Shown piece by piece: positions 51,700 to 63,872 of a DNA stretch of 64,000 nt. Below the pieces are notes generated by a model that was not told the DNA's origin, searched no databases, and worked only from the letters and a program-made list of their open reading frames with translations. A program made the position numbers and the translations under genes. This DNA is from Hemiscyllium ocellatum (Eukaryota): the NCBI RefSeq assembly GCF_020745735.1, contig NC_083404.1, positions 100,191,731-100,255,730 of the forward strand, in the 5' to 3' direction. Every line of letters begins with the position of its first letter. Position 1 is the stretch's first letter.

Positions 51700-52130
51700 G
51701 ATCGAGAGTCTGGTGCTGGAAAAACACAGCAGGTCAGGCAGCATCTGTGGAGCAGGAGTATCGAAGTTTTGGGCATTTGCCCTTCTTCAGGAATGAGGCT
51801 TGTGGGTCGGGGCTGAGAGATAAATGGGAGAGGGTTGGGTTGGGGGGAGGTAGCTGGAAAAGCGATAGGTGGATGAAGGTGAGGGAGAAGGTGATAGGTC
51901 AGAGGGGGCAGTGATGGATGGGTCCAGAGGGCAGTGTCGAGTTGGATGCTTGGGACTGGGATAATGTGGGGATAGGGCAAATGAGGAAGATGTTGAAATC
52001 CACATTTATCCCATGTGGTTGCAGGGTCCCAAGGCGGAATATGAGGCATTCCTTCTCCAGGCATCAGGTGGGCACGGTTTGGCAGTGGAGGAGGACCTGC
52101 ATGTCGTTGATGGAGTGGGAGGGGAAGTTG
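51700..52130 (-). mobile_element. Penelope family-A 3' fragment inside a CR1-type LINE
   Basis: Minus-strand LEKECLIFRLGTLQPHGINVDF, C-rich UTR and decayed HHR at about 51760-51794. Confidence 0.8.
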
Positions 52131-52926
52131 TAGTGTTTTGGAAAGTGCTACCTAAGTATCTTTGGCATGTTTCTGCAGTGCGTCCTGAAGATAGTACACA
52201 CTGCTGTTACTGAGCATTGGTAGTAGATGGAGTGGATGCTTGTGGGTGTTGTGCCAATCAAGTCAGCTGCTTTCTCCTCAATGATGGCAAACTTCCTGAG
52301 TGTTGTTGGAGCTGCACTGCAAGTGCCTCGTGGATGGTGGACAGGCTTTGGTGAGTTACTCCCTATGATATCTCTAGCCTCTGACCTGCCTTGGTAGTCA
52401 CAGTACTTATATAACTAGTCCAATTCAATTTCTGATCAATGGTGACTCCAGGGTGTTGATGGAGGAGGATTACGTGATGATCTCATATTCGAGCTAGCAT
52501 TTCCTGGCGTGACTGTTACTTGCCATTATTCAGCCCAAATCTAGGTATTGTACAGGTTGTTTTCTTCAAGTTCAGGAAGTATTATATTTGGGTCCAAAAT
52601 CAAAATCGTGTATATATATTTTGAAATCATTTTTGCTAAATGTGATTTCCTAAAATACTTTCTCTTAATGTAGCACTCTTCGTGAACTCTCATCTTTCAC
52701 AGTTAGTTGAGCTATTTTTCTTTCTCTCATCCTGGACCCTCTCTTAATGTCACGAGTCCACTCTTCCCTTACCTTTAGGGCTCTTTAGCCTTCACTGCGA
52801 CATTTCTCTCCTGATAAGTTTCATCCTCCATTTGCTGCAGGTATTATGTCAAGGAGTCAATTGCTGTTATATACTTTAGAAAGAATTTTCTTTATCTCAC
52901 AATTTCTAGGCAGTAAGTATTTTGTT

Positions 52927-53054
52927 TGGATAATCAAATGTGCGGATAATTGAATCCCAGATAACACAGTTTAGCCAAGTACTGGGACTTTGTGATCTTG
53001 TCTGGATAATCTGAAATTCAGATAATTGAATGCCAGATAATCAAGGTTCCTCTG
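52927..53054. mobile_element. Tigger/pogo-like MITE right end
   Basis: Repeated ggataat/agataat subterminal motifs ending gataatcaaggttcctctg|TA. Confidence 0.55.
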
Positions 53055-53139
53055 TATATATATTTGCACTCTAAACCTTTTGATAATAATTTGTGTATCC
53101 TTACGTGAATAGATTTTGGTTTGTAATAAATGAGTTCAG

Positions 53140-54990
53140 GAGGCAGTGACATTGTGGTAGTGTCACTGAACGAGTACTCCAGAACCCCAGGTAATGCTCT
53201 GGAAACATGGATCAAATCCCACCTTGGCAATGGTGCAATTTGAAGTCTAGAATTACGAACTTGTCCAATGTGATGTGCAATCATTGTTAATGTCTTAAAA
53301 TGGTTAAAGGTGGATAAATCCCCAGGACCTGATCAAATGTACCCAAGAACTCTGTGGGAAGCTGGAGAAGTGATTGCTGGGCCTTTTGCTGAGATATTTG
53401 TATCATCGATAGTCACAGGTGACATGCCGGAAGACTGGAAGTTGGCAAACGTGGTGCCACTGTTTAAGAAGGACGGTAAAGACAAGCCAGGGAACTATAG
53501 ACCAGTGAGCCTGATCTCGGTGGTGGGCAAGTTGTTGGAAGGAATCCTGAGGGACAGGACCTACATGTATTTGGAAAGGCAAGGACTGATTCAGGATAGT
53601 CAACATGGCTTTGTGTGTGGGAAATCATGTCTCACAAACTTGATTGAGTTTTTTGAAGAAGTAACAAAGAAGATTGATGAGGGCAGAGCTGTAGATGTGA
53701 TCTATATGGACTTCAGTAAGGCGTTCGATAAGGTTCCCAATGAGAGACTGAGTAGCAAGGTTAGGTCACATGGAATACAGGGAGAACTAGCCATTTGGAT
53801 ACAGAACTGGCTCAAAGGTAGAAGACAGAGGGTGGTGGTGGAGGTTTGTTTTTCAGACTGGAGACCTGTGACCAGTGGAGTGCCACAAGGATAGGTGCTG
53901 GGCACTCTACTTTTTGTCATTTACATAAAGGATTTGGATGTGAGCATAAGAGGCACAGTTAGTAAGTTCGCAGATGATACCAAAATTGGAGGTGCAGTGG
54001 ACAGCAAAGAGGGTTACTTCAGATTACAACAGGATCTGGACCAGATGGGCCAATGGGCTGAGAAGTGGCAGGTGGAGTTTAATTCAGATAAATGCGAAGT
54101 GCTGCATTTTGGGAAAGCAAATCTTAGCAAGACTTATACACTTAATGGTAAGGTCCTAGAGAGTGTTGCTGAACAAAGAGACCTTGGAGTGCAGGTTCAT
54201 AGCTCCTTGAAAGTGGAGTCGCAGGTAGATAGGATAGTGAAGAAGGCGTTTGGTATGCTTTCCTTTATTGGTCAAAGTATTGAGTACAGGAGTTGGGAGG
54301 TCATGTTGCGGCTGTACAGGACATTGGTTAGGCCTCTGTTGGAATATTGCATGCAATTCTGGTCTCCTTCCTATCGGAAAGATGTTGTGAAACTTGAAAG
54401 GGTTCAGAAAAGACTTACAAGGATGTTGCCAGGGTTGGAGGATCTGAGCTACAGGGACAGTTTACAAAATTATGAGGGGCATGGATAGGATAAATAGACA
54501 AAGTCTTTTCCATGGGGTCGGGCAGTCCAGAACTAGAGGGCATAGGTTTAGGGTGAGAGAGGAAAGATATAAAAGAGACCTAAGTAGCAACTTCGTCACG
54601 CAGATGGTGGTACGTGTATGGAATGAGCTGCCAGAAGATGTGATGGAGGCTGGTACAATTGCAACATTTAAGAGGCATTTGGGTGGGTTTGGAGGGATAT
54701 GGGCAGGGTGCTGGCAGGTGGGACTAGACTGGGTTGGAATATCTGGTCGGCATGAACAGGGTTGGACCGAAGGTTCTGTTTCCATGCTGCACATCTCTAT
54801 GACTCTATGACTTTAATTGTTGTGACAACTCACCTGGTTTACTAATGCCCTTTAGAGAATGACCTTACTGGTCTGGCCTACATGTGACCTCAGACCCTTG
54901 GCAATGTGACTGATTCTTAAATGCCCATTGAAATTTCCTAGCAATTACGAATACGCCAACAAGTTCCACGATCCATTATCAAATGAAAAT
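53140..54990 (+). mobile_element. tRNA-derived SINE split by a CR1 insertion
   Basis: The 5' half (53140-53290) and 3' half (54813-54990) join into the 25100/61300 family. ttaat is present at both junctions. Confidence 0.7.
53291..54812 (+). mobile_element. 5'-truncated young CR1 LINE (ORF2 RT)
   Basis: DKSPGPDQMYPR..YRPVSL..DFSKAFDKVP..GVPQG*..KFADDTK, with an in-frame stop at 53892-53894, an internal deletion at about 54460 and a (ctatgact)n tail. Same family as 11172. Confidence 0.95.
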
Positions 54991-55814
54991 TAAGTTATTT
55001 TTAACTAAAGACGCCTGGCTGGCTTATTTTGAATCCTGAATTAATACATTATACAGATAACATAATTGACAATCTCCCCATCCTTTTTTTAAATTCACAT
55101 TTGATTATGACCAGAGAAGCAGCGGGATTAAGAAAGGAATCTGTTCCCGTTTCCAACCTAATAATATCAATAAGCTTCTTAACAATGGGACACTATCACT
55201 GTCTGGCAGCCAGACAGAATTTTCTCCTCTCCAAGTTAAAGGCACTGAGGCGTTCTCATCTCCTCCTCCTCCTCCTCACTGGAATCAACATAGATTGCAG
55301 GTCAAATATGGGGCTGTGCCAGACAATCTGGGATTTTTTAAAAACACTTGACTCTTCATCAGGCTATGGTAATACCGCAACTGATATGATTCTATCATGA
55401 AATTATCTTCTAAATGTATTCTATTCCAGATCCACTGCACACTGTTGCTTCACATCCCAATTATAATCAGCTCATACTCTTTTTGAGAATAATGTTCAAA
55501 ATCAGAAATCTGTCAATGGTAATTAATGACTAAAATCATGGTCTTTCTAGAAATAGTTACTTCCCATTTTATGAAGGGTACCCACAATTTCTCCTAACTT
55601 TTTTTCTAACTTGATCTTTGAATTCTTCCACATAGATGTGCACACCCACACAGAAATCTAACAACCAACTAGATACTTAAAGCATCAGCATTTGAAGAAA
55701 GAATATGGATGTAAGCAGAAAATCAACAAGGTAAATATGAAAGGAATCTAAGTTTGCAAAAGCAAATCAGACCTCTTAAAAAATACGATATTTTTTTTTA
55801 AAAAGACTTGCAAT

Positions 55815-58800
55815 CTTTTTCTCATTTTTAAAATTTATTTTTTAATACCCAGATCATACAAAAATGTTACAACAATGTAGCTTAGTTCCGTTTCAGCTTT
55901 TTGCAGTTTTCATCATTCCTAGTACTGAGGATAGACCGTGTATAAAAACATTATAGATTGGAATTATATGAGCAATATAGTTGTACAAAAACATAACAGT
56001 GGCATTACAATAAAACTGGTTTGTAAAAATGGCTCGGTCCCATTTGTGAATATGTTTCTATTCTTGTGACTGCTTCTAAATTGGCACCCAGTGCCAGTAT
56101 AGAACACCTTCCAAGTCTCATGGATAGCACAACTTTGACAAAGAGCAACACTTTCATGCTGTTGTATAATATGTTTATTATACTATTAATCACTTTAGCT
56201 ATCCTCATGGCCATCTTTCCAGGATTCCCAATTTGTATTGCATTAGAAACTAAAACTGTCCAAGCTTATTTAAACAAAAAGCTAGCAGATAGAGTAAACT
56301 TTCATCCCATTGATTTGAAACCAAATACCACAACTAAAAGGATAATTTGCTAACTCATTGCAGCACCTGATTCCTAAATAGTAACAACTTGATATCAAAG
56401 CGCTATACTGACAATTCAGCATCATAGTCTTTCGTCTGTGTTCTTCCTGTGACTCAGTGATCAGTGTGGAATTGAGATACACTGATCCTGAAAATCCCAG
56501 CTTTGCATGTGCTGATTTAGTTCATCTGAATCTAGAAATCTATTTTCACTGAATATAGAAATCACGATCAGTTTTCACCCTCACAAAAGTATTAATGCTC
56601 GGGCTGTTAGATCCTCGTCTTGACTAAAATCCATCAGCAGTACATAATACAGATTCAGAATAAAACCCTTACTGCCACATTACTTATTCAACCAACAGGG
56701 AAGCAAAGGTACAATTACCTAGATTTGAGTTTATAAGAAAAAAAGACTGGCCAAGCTTTTCTAGTTATTTAATGTTGGATATTGGGAAACTTACAATTCA
56801 ACTAAGAAACTAAATGTGTTTCTAGGTAAAAAGCTGTTATATAACATGCTACTCTGATTTCCCATCACTACATCAGAAAAGCTAATACGTTATACAATAA
56901 CCACTCCTTTACTTGAATGCAATAAGCTACTGAACTATGCTTCAATCTCTTTCAGTGCAACACTGCAATATCTTAGCACTCCAATCTTCAAGAGTAATTC
57001 AATTTTGAAAATGACGTTCCAAGTATTCCAAATGTGTATCTTGCAGGACATTTACTCTCAAGTAGTGGAATATGCCACATAACAAGGTTTCGTGCTGACG
57101 TTGGATAGTAATTGCACCAGCTTTCAGAGGTAGTGTGCATCTTTAAATGTCTTTATTATGACATTTTCCCCATGACAGGAAAGTAAAGGTGATAATTTAA
57201 TAATCAGATAATTGAGGCTTCATTCTGCTCATTCGCCTCACAAGGTTTCTTAGCATTTTTGGAATGTTCAAGAATGCTATTACAGCATGGTATAAAACAA
57301 TTCAATAATTTTTAACAAACTAGTCACCAGGTCCTTTGAGCATGATATTCTTGGCATTCAACTGTTAATTATCAGTAGTACTAGTTATCCCTGAGTTGTA
57401 GTAAAAAGGAGCCCCATGAGAAGATTATATGCAAAAGAAAATGATCACTGCACCACAAAAAGTTAGAATGGCTTTCTTTTACATTGAACTTATCACATAC
57501 AGCCATTAAGGAGAAAACATTTTGAGGTTGAAAAGGATTTCCATATACACAACCAGCGATAAATCCACCACTATTTCAAATATGATCACAAAAGATTACA
57601 AAGGAATTGAATTAAGTTGCATTTCCTTTTAAAACCTGTCCTTTGTTCTTCTTGTGCTGTAGCAGAAACATCATAGCATTTACTTGTTGTCATTAATATT
57701 TCAATTAATATTGTGGAAAGATATGTAAAAACAGCTGGTACAAAAACACAATCATTCAAACATAAATCCTATTTACATAGCACTTTCTTTGGCATGAAGA
57801 CTTAAAAGGAATGAAAAGAAATATATCCTTGGAACAAAAATTATTTCAACAGACAACAGTCTCTTTAACTGGAGTGCGACTGAAGTGGTGTATTTACAGC
57901 AAGCATTTCTCCTTCTCCCACACCCACCTAATTCATCTTTGCTGCTTACTCTTGTTTTCCTGAAAGCACTGATGTTTGTTTGGATACAGCTATCCAATAT
58001 TCTGCCCTGAAACACTTTTGTGTGAAACCTAAATAATAAAATGCTGTCAGGCTGTTCACAACAAGAGATCATTAGAGCCAAGCTCTAACCATGTCTCATC
58101 TCATATTCACACACGTCTGTTTTTGTACAAGAAGTCATTGGATAATGTTCAGGAATGAAATTCCTGGCTACTTTTACAATTCCTTAGTCTGGTGATGCAC
58201 TAACAGCAATGCCTGCATTGTTGCATTTGTTTACCTCATCAAATGCGGCACTGTTCATTCATCAGAGATAATGCCACACATTTCTCAAGCATTTCTCTAA
58301 GCAGACATGAAACATAATAATGAGCATCCAGACAAACTGTCGGCTTGCATCACTGCCATGTAATCTCAGAAAATCAGAAAAGTTGCATGGTTTATACCAC
58401 ATATTAAACAAAGGATCAGGGCATAAACTGCCATATTTAACTGAAGACCAAAGCATATTTTAAAATTAAAATCGAAAGGCTTGGTCCTTCAATTTTAGGT
58501 GTCAAAATATATTTCATAAAGTCAGTGCCCTTTTGATATGTACAACAGGTATATGCTTGTCCTATATGAGTGGTTCATTTTGCGTTCACTTAGAATCATC
58601 CCACTTTACGTATTTTACTAACTGACAAAGGAAATAATGAAATTACATGTTGGTATTTTGGCAAGAAGTATGTGCAGACTGGCATAAATCAAATTTTAAT
58701 TGTAATTTACAAAAAAAAACAAATTCTGACAAAGAAAACTCTGAGAATGAATTCTCTGGTCACATTCAATAAGCTTCAAATTAATGTTCTAACAAGTGAA

Positions 58801-59079
58801 AATAATGAATAGCATTCGAAATACTATACATCACGCTTAATGGAAAAGTAGAGAAATGAACACACTCTAAGCACACATCCTTCAATTTTTTTTGAGGACT
58901 GTATAAAATTCTCTAGTTATAAATAAATGTTTTGAGTAAAATTAACACCAAATTAAGTTGCATTCAAAATGTTTGTCACTCATAAAAAGGTAAGGTTTTG
59001 TAAAAGGATCTTTGAAAGAATGCGAAATTGACCCTGAAAAATGATTTCCTTCGGGTGTGGGGTATTCAAGCTTCTAGCA
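55815..59079 (-). other. Probable long 3' UTR of cdh17
   Basis: About 3.2 kb of AT-rich sequence with no recognisable repeat, directly downstream of the stop. Minus-strand AATAAA hexamers lie at 57152-57157, 56174-56179 and 55834-55839. Confidence 0.5.
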
Positions 59080-59198
59080 TTATGCATTAGCCAGGGGTAT
59101 TGTTTCATTCTCAGTCCGTGCTGCTTTTGGATCTATTTTATCACTCTTTCCGCCTTTCTTGCCTTTCATTTTTAAAAGTACCACTGCAAGAATCAAAC
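59080..59198 (-). CDS. cdh17: Last coding exon of cadherin-17-like: end of the TM helix, short cytoplasmic tail and stop
   Basis: Acceptor cccatag|GTTTG follows a 122-nt GT-AG intron (59199-59320) and is in phase. It encodes (G)LILAVVLLKMKGKKGGKSDKIDPKAARTENETIPLANA* with TAA at 59080-59082. ILAVV plus a short basic tail matches CDH17. Confidence 0.88.
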
Positions 59199-59320
59199 CT
59201 ATGGGAACATTTTGAGAATAAGTGTTATTATTTAAGTCAATTCTTGACAAAAAAATGAAGTGACATTTAGCAACAGAAGCTTTTATCAGACCAGCAGTTT
59301 GGTTCTTGGTCTACACATAC

Positions 59321-59437
59321 CTATAAAAGCAAAGGTTCCAAGCAATATTCCAACTGCAAGAGCGACTTTTGATGATCCAGATAAACCTTCTATTGGAATG
59401 AAGCATACATTTTTATCTGTGCATTTACAGACAGCAA
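59321..59437 (-). CDS. cdh17: Penultimate coding exon of a cadherin-17-like (7D) cadherin: membrane-proximal Cys motif and most of the TM helix
   Basis: Minus strand reads polypyrimidine ttttttcctcctcag|TTGCTGTC...TTTATAG|gtatgt. The exon is 117 nt, phase 1-1, and encodes (V)AVCKCTDKNVCFIPIEGLSGSSKVALAVGILLGTFAFI(G). This resembles recalled CDH17 VTFCSCVEGSCFRP..GMAVGILLTTLLVIG. CDH16 is the less likely paralog. Confidence 0.88.
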
Positions 59438-59521
59438 CTGAGGAGGAAAAAAAACAGAAATGGTAAAAAAAAAATTTGACTGATAACATCACATTAACTA
59501 CTGAAATCAATGTAGTAATTT

Positions 59522-60045
59522 ACATAGAGACATGGGAGATAGGTGCAGGAGGAGGTCATTTGGCCCTTTGAGCCTACTCTACCATTCATCACAGTCATGG
59601 CTGATCGCCCCACTCGAAAGCCTAATCCTGTTTTCTGCCTATAACCTTTGATCCCGTTTGCCCTAAGTGTTATATCTAGCTGCCTCTTGAATCCATCCAA
59701 TGTTTTGACATCAACTACTTCCTGTGGTTATGAATCACCACATTTTCAGCCTAAATGGTCCATTCTGAACCCTCAGACTGTGACCCCTGGTTCTGAGCAC
59801 ACCCACCATGGGAACATCCACCTTGCATCTACCCTGTGTAGTCCTGTTAGAATTTTAAAAGTCTCTATGAGATCCCCTCAGTCATCTGAACTCTAGCAAA
59901 AACAATCCTAACTCAGTCAATCTCTCCTCTTCCGTCAGTCCCGCCATCCCTGGAATCTGCCTGGTAAACCTTCAGTGCACGCCCTCAAGAGCAAGAGTAT
60001 CCTTCCTCAGAAAACTGCACACAATATTCTAGGTGTGGCTTCAGC
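59522..60045 (-). mobile_element. CR1 3' fragment in a cdh17 intron
   Basis: FKRQLDITLRANGIKGY and a CR1 tail. Confidence 0.75.
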
Positions 60046-61301
60046 ATTTGACATTACAGCATGGCTAAGCACTGAGAAACCTAAGTGAGGTTTAAAGATG
60101 ATACGTAAGTTAATTCTGAAGACGATGAGATTGGCAATAGATGCAACCTTACTTATTATGGTCACTGAGAGGGAATAGTACCCAGGAATAACACACTTTA
60201 TATCTAGTTTAAGGGAATGTAGATTGGAGGCTTGCTACATTTACTTTTATTCTGCCCTAATTATCCAACTGTTCTTGACAATTTGCCAAAGGACCAAAGA
60301 TTTCAACAATTCCTCCTAAATCTACCTGTTACAAAAGGACCTCAGGTGAGGTTCTCTGATTTGTTAAGCTCTCATGTTTGGAAGGTTGAACTGACTGACT
60401 CTGTTTATTTATTGCCCTCTCATTTGGTCACAACATGGTTAATTTAAAAAGCATCACTTCCCCTGTGGATACCTTTCTCCCTGATCATTTTTTTTAAAGG
60501 AGCCCACTTAACCTAGGCTTTCTTGAATTAACAAAAAGACGGAATTTATTAATTACTAAACATGAGAAAAAATAGTAATGGAGCAACACATATACTCAGA
60601 ACTAAATTTTCCGAGCCCCGAAATGACACGAGTGAGTTGGGAGTGTATGGCAACATCTGAAAAATAAGATTCACACCTCTACAAAATTGTTCAATTCTAC
60701 AAATATGTTTTAAACGATGTGGCAATAATCTCACTAGTGAGTGGTGCGGTGCATATTTGCATGCACTTGCATGTCATTTGTAACTAACCTCATCTCATTT
60801 ATATGCAGATTCCTATTCTCCCACATGCTGGAGAGAACTTAGACAGTGATGATTCCCAATATGAAAGTCAGAGCAGGTATCTGCTGGCTCCAGTTAATCA
60901 CTTGCTGTACCAAGTATCATCTTGGACAGTAGTCCCCAGAAATAGATGTTACATTCCAGAGGCAGCAACCCCCTGCAGCACTCCCATTCACACATTATGA
61001 CATCAGACACGGGTCAGCCTCATTACATCCTCATGGCACATCTCCGGCTCACTTAGAGTACAGTTCCCTACTTCAATGCTACATTTTGAAGCTCACCATC
61101 ATCTTACATCGTTATACTGTTGTCAGGTCACTTTGGGCGCAGTGCCAAGCACCAGCGTGCATGCAGAGCTCCCAGCTTGCTCTCATAATACTCACTCAAT
61201 TGGGACCTACTTGGATACTCACAGTATCTCTACCTTGCTTTGCCTTTTTGAGGTGTGCCGTTTCACATATACCCTAAAGCTACTTCTGTGTTATTTTGTT
61301 G

Positions 61302-61625
61302 AGTGGGAAGTAATGGCTTAATGGTATTAATCCGAGGACCAGGTAATGTTCTGGGTTCTGGATTTGACTACCACCACAGCAGATAGTGGAGTTTGAATTT
61401 GATAAATATCTGGATTTAAGAGTCTAATGATGACTATGAATCCATTACTGATTGTCAGAAAAACTCATTTGGTTCACTAGTGCCCTTTAAGGAAGCAAAC
61501 TGGCATCCTTACCTGGTTTGGCCTTCATGTGAGTCCAAACCAACAGCAATGTGGTTGATCTTAAAAGCACTTTGGGACGGGCAATAGATGCTAGCATAGA
61601 TAGCAACACCCTGATTCTATGAATT
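61302..61625 (+). mobile_element. tRNA-derived SINE with CR1-type tail
   Basis: Same family as 25101, ending gggcaatagatgct..atgaat. Confidence 0.7.
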
Positions 61626-62868
61626 TTGTTTTAAAAAACAAGCAGCTGTCAGCAACAGTCAGCTAATGGGGTGGATACCTTGTTGTATGGCACCATGCTA
61701 CATCAATGTCTCGCATACAGCATGTGGCAACAGCCTATGTGGCAAATACAGTGTAGGTGTCTCAACCAAAATCTAATAAAGCAATTCTCTGGAAGGTCAA
61801 AGGCAATTGTCATCAGTGAGGGGGCCTGCCACAGTCAGTCAAGAGTAGCATATGATCTCAGTGTAGAGGTTTGGATTTCATCAGTTCAGCCATTTAGCAT
61901 TGTCAAGGTACATGGGATTTGTATCGCCATAGTCCAAGGAGTCGGTCCCAGTCATTGTCTGTCCTGTAAATCCAGTTCAACCAGTGCATGGGGGGTGGGG
62001 GGGCAGGGTGCAGTAAGTCAGTCAAGAAGCTGCACAGAGGTCAGTCAGGAGTCTGGGCACTCTTCAGTTGGGGTTGTCTGTCCAACTTAGTCATTGACAG
62101 TGCTGGGGATCTGATCACTGAAAGTCAAGAAGCGTTAACAGGACCTCTGCTATGTTAGGGACACTGAGAATGTCAATTGGAGATAGTGAGCTAGACTGCA
62201 GAGTTGTAAATAATTGTGAAACTGACATAACTCAACTTTTAAGGATGGGAGACAATAATGCCCTGGAGGACATGAGTTACTGTGAAGGAGTCATCATTAT
62301 CCATGATCTTCCTTGTTTTGAGAGAGGAATGTGCAGCATATGATGTTTGGCATGACTAAGCTGTAGGGTTGAGGCTCAGGGAATGGGAATTTGAGAGATG
62401 AAAATGTAAATGAAGGAGTTTGGTGGGAACATGTAGAAGCTTACTGATGATGGGGTCACTGGGGAGTGTAGGATAAAAAGAACATGGAAGCTCAGGAGGG
62501 TTCCTTGATTCCCAGGCTGAGACCGCAACTCACTCTGCCAAGCTCCATCTGAGCTGCCTCAAATCCTCATCTGAAGTGCAAATGAGGACTGGAATTGAAA
62601 ATGACTTTGGCCACACCTGGAATGTTTTTAACCCTCCTCGGCACATGGGCTCTCCATGTACGTGATTTGAGGCTTTTAAAGGGACAGGCATATTATTTAG
62701 ATATCTACACAGTAAAGAAATCAATATTCACAGCATTCTGTATGTGAAATGCAGACTATAACCACCAGTGTGGGATTCAAATCCTGTTCATAAGCAATCT
62801 TATTCATGTCATTGTTCATTACAGATTGATCACCGTCATCTCCAAGAAACAAACATAATCAGACACAA

Positions 62869-63038
62869 GGTGAAAGCGAGGACTGCAGATGCTGGAGATT
62901 AGAATTGAGAGTGTGGTGCTGGAAAAGCACAGCAGGTCAGGCAGCATCCAAGGAGCAGGACAATCGATGTATCGGGCAAAAGCCCTTCAATCAGGAATTC
63001 TTGATGAAGGGCTATTGCCCGAAACGTCGATTCTCCTG
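62869..63038. mobile_element. Penelope family-A head-to-head HHR palindrome
   Basis: Axis tcaggaattcttga at about 62997, with an HHR on each arm. 14-bp TSD ataatcaga(ca/tg)caa at 62855-62868 and 63039-63052. Confidence 0.82.
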
Positions 63039-63513
63039 ATAATCAGATGCAAACCTAACAGTCTCACCAATGGGTCCATAATTCAAAGACAAGTCAAGAT
63101 CCCAAAGGCTGCAGGAAGGGTATGGAGCAGATTTCCTCTCACCTTTACCTGTAAGCATTCACCAACATGCTCTTACATGTAATCCTACCCTTCATGGGTG
63201 ATGTAGGAGCACACATATTAGCAATCCTACAATTTCCATTTGGAGAGCAAGATTTGGAGCTGTATATATTGGAATAAGGTTCCCTATGTCAAAGGTCAAT
63301 ATGGAAAAATTCCATGGCCCTTCCTTACCAGAGTTTCCATATACCACACATTCAAGACAATGCTAAATCATAATCCGTATGTGATGTGAATGCTAATTCT
63401 CAGATTACTCAGAAGCTGTTCTGGTTCGGACATTCCTTATATAGCCCCACTCAAACCGAGACCAATGGATTCAGCCAGAATAGATGTTGTCATCATTGCG
63501 ATTACAGTGCACT

Positions 63514-63872
63514 GAATCATAGAATCTTAGAATCCCTACAGTGTGGAAACAGGCTCTTCGGCCCAACAAATCCACACCAATCTTCTGAAAAGTAACCCAC
63601 CCAAACCATTTCCCTCCCCTGTTACTCCACTTTTACCCCTGACTAATGCATCTAACCTACACATTCCCCTAAACACTATGGGCAATTTAGCACAGTCAAG
63701 TCACCTAAACTGCACATCTTTGGATTGTGAGAGGAAACCGAGCACCCAGAGGAAACTCGCGCACACACAGGGAGAATGTGCAAACTCCACACAGACAGTC
63801 ACCTGAGGCTGGAATCGACCCTGAGTCCCTGGTGCTGTGAGCAGTGCTAACCACTGAGTCACCATGCCACCC
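63514..63872 (-). mobile_element. HE1/V-SINE (full length)
   Basis: Reverse complement of gggtggcatggtgactcagtggttagcactgct.., V-domain and (attct)n tail. Confidence 0.88.

Noticed and set aside
56005-56353. Small hydrophobic ORFs on both strands
   Set aside because: No recognisable homology or splice context. They lie in the AT-rich probable 3' UTR.
60780-62680. PIF/Harbinger (HARBI1/Myb-SANT) relic; similar GC-richer block at about 9800-11000
   Set aside because: Only faint motif resemblance (DDSQY..YLLAPV, SDEDL). A tBLASTn/HMM search is needed to support it.
63320-63420. Next upstream cdh17 exon
   Set aside because: A donor-like ccttacc is present, but there is no cadherin EC7 motif (e.g. 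I.D.G.P) in frame.
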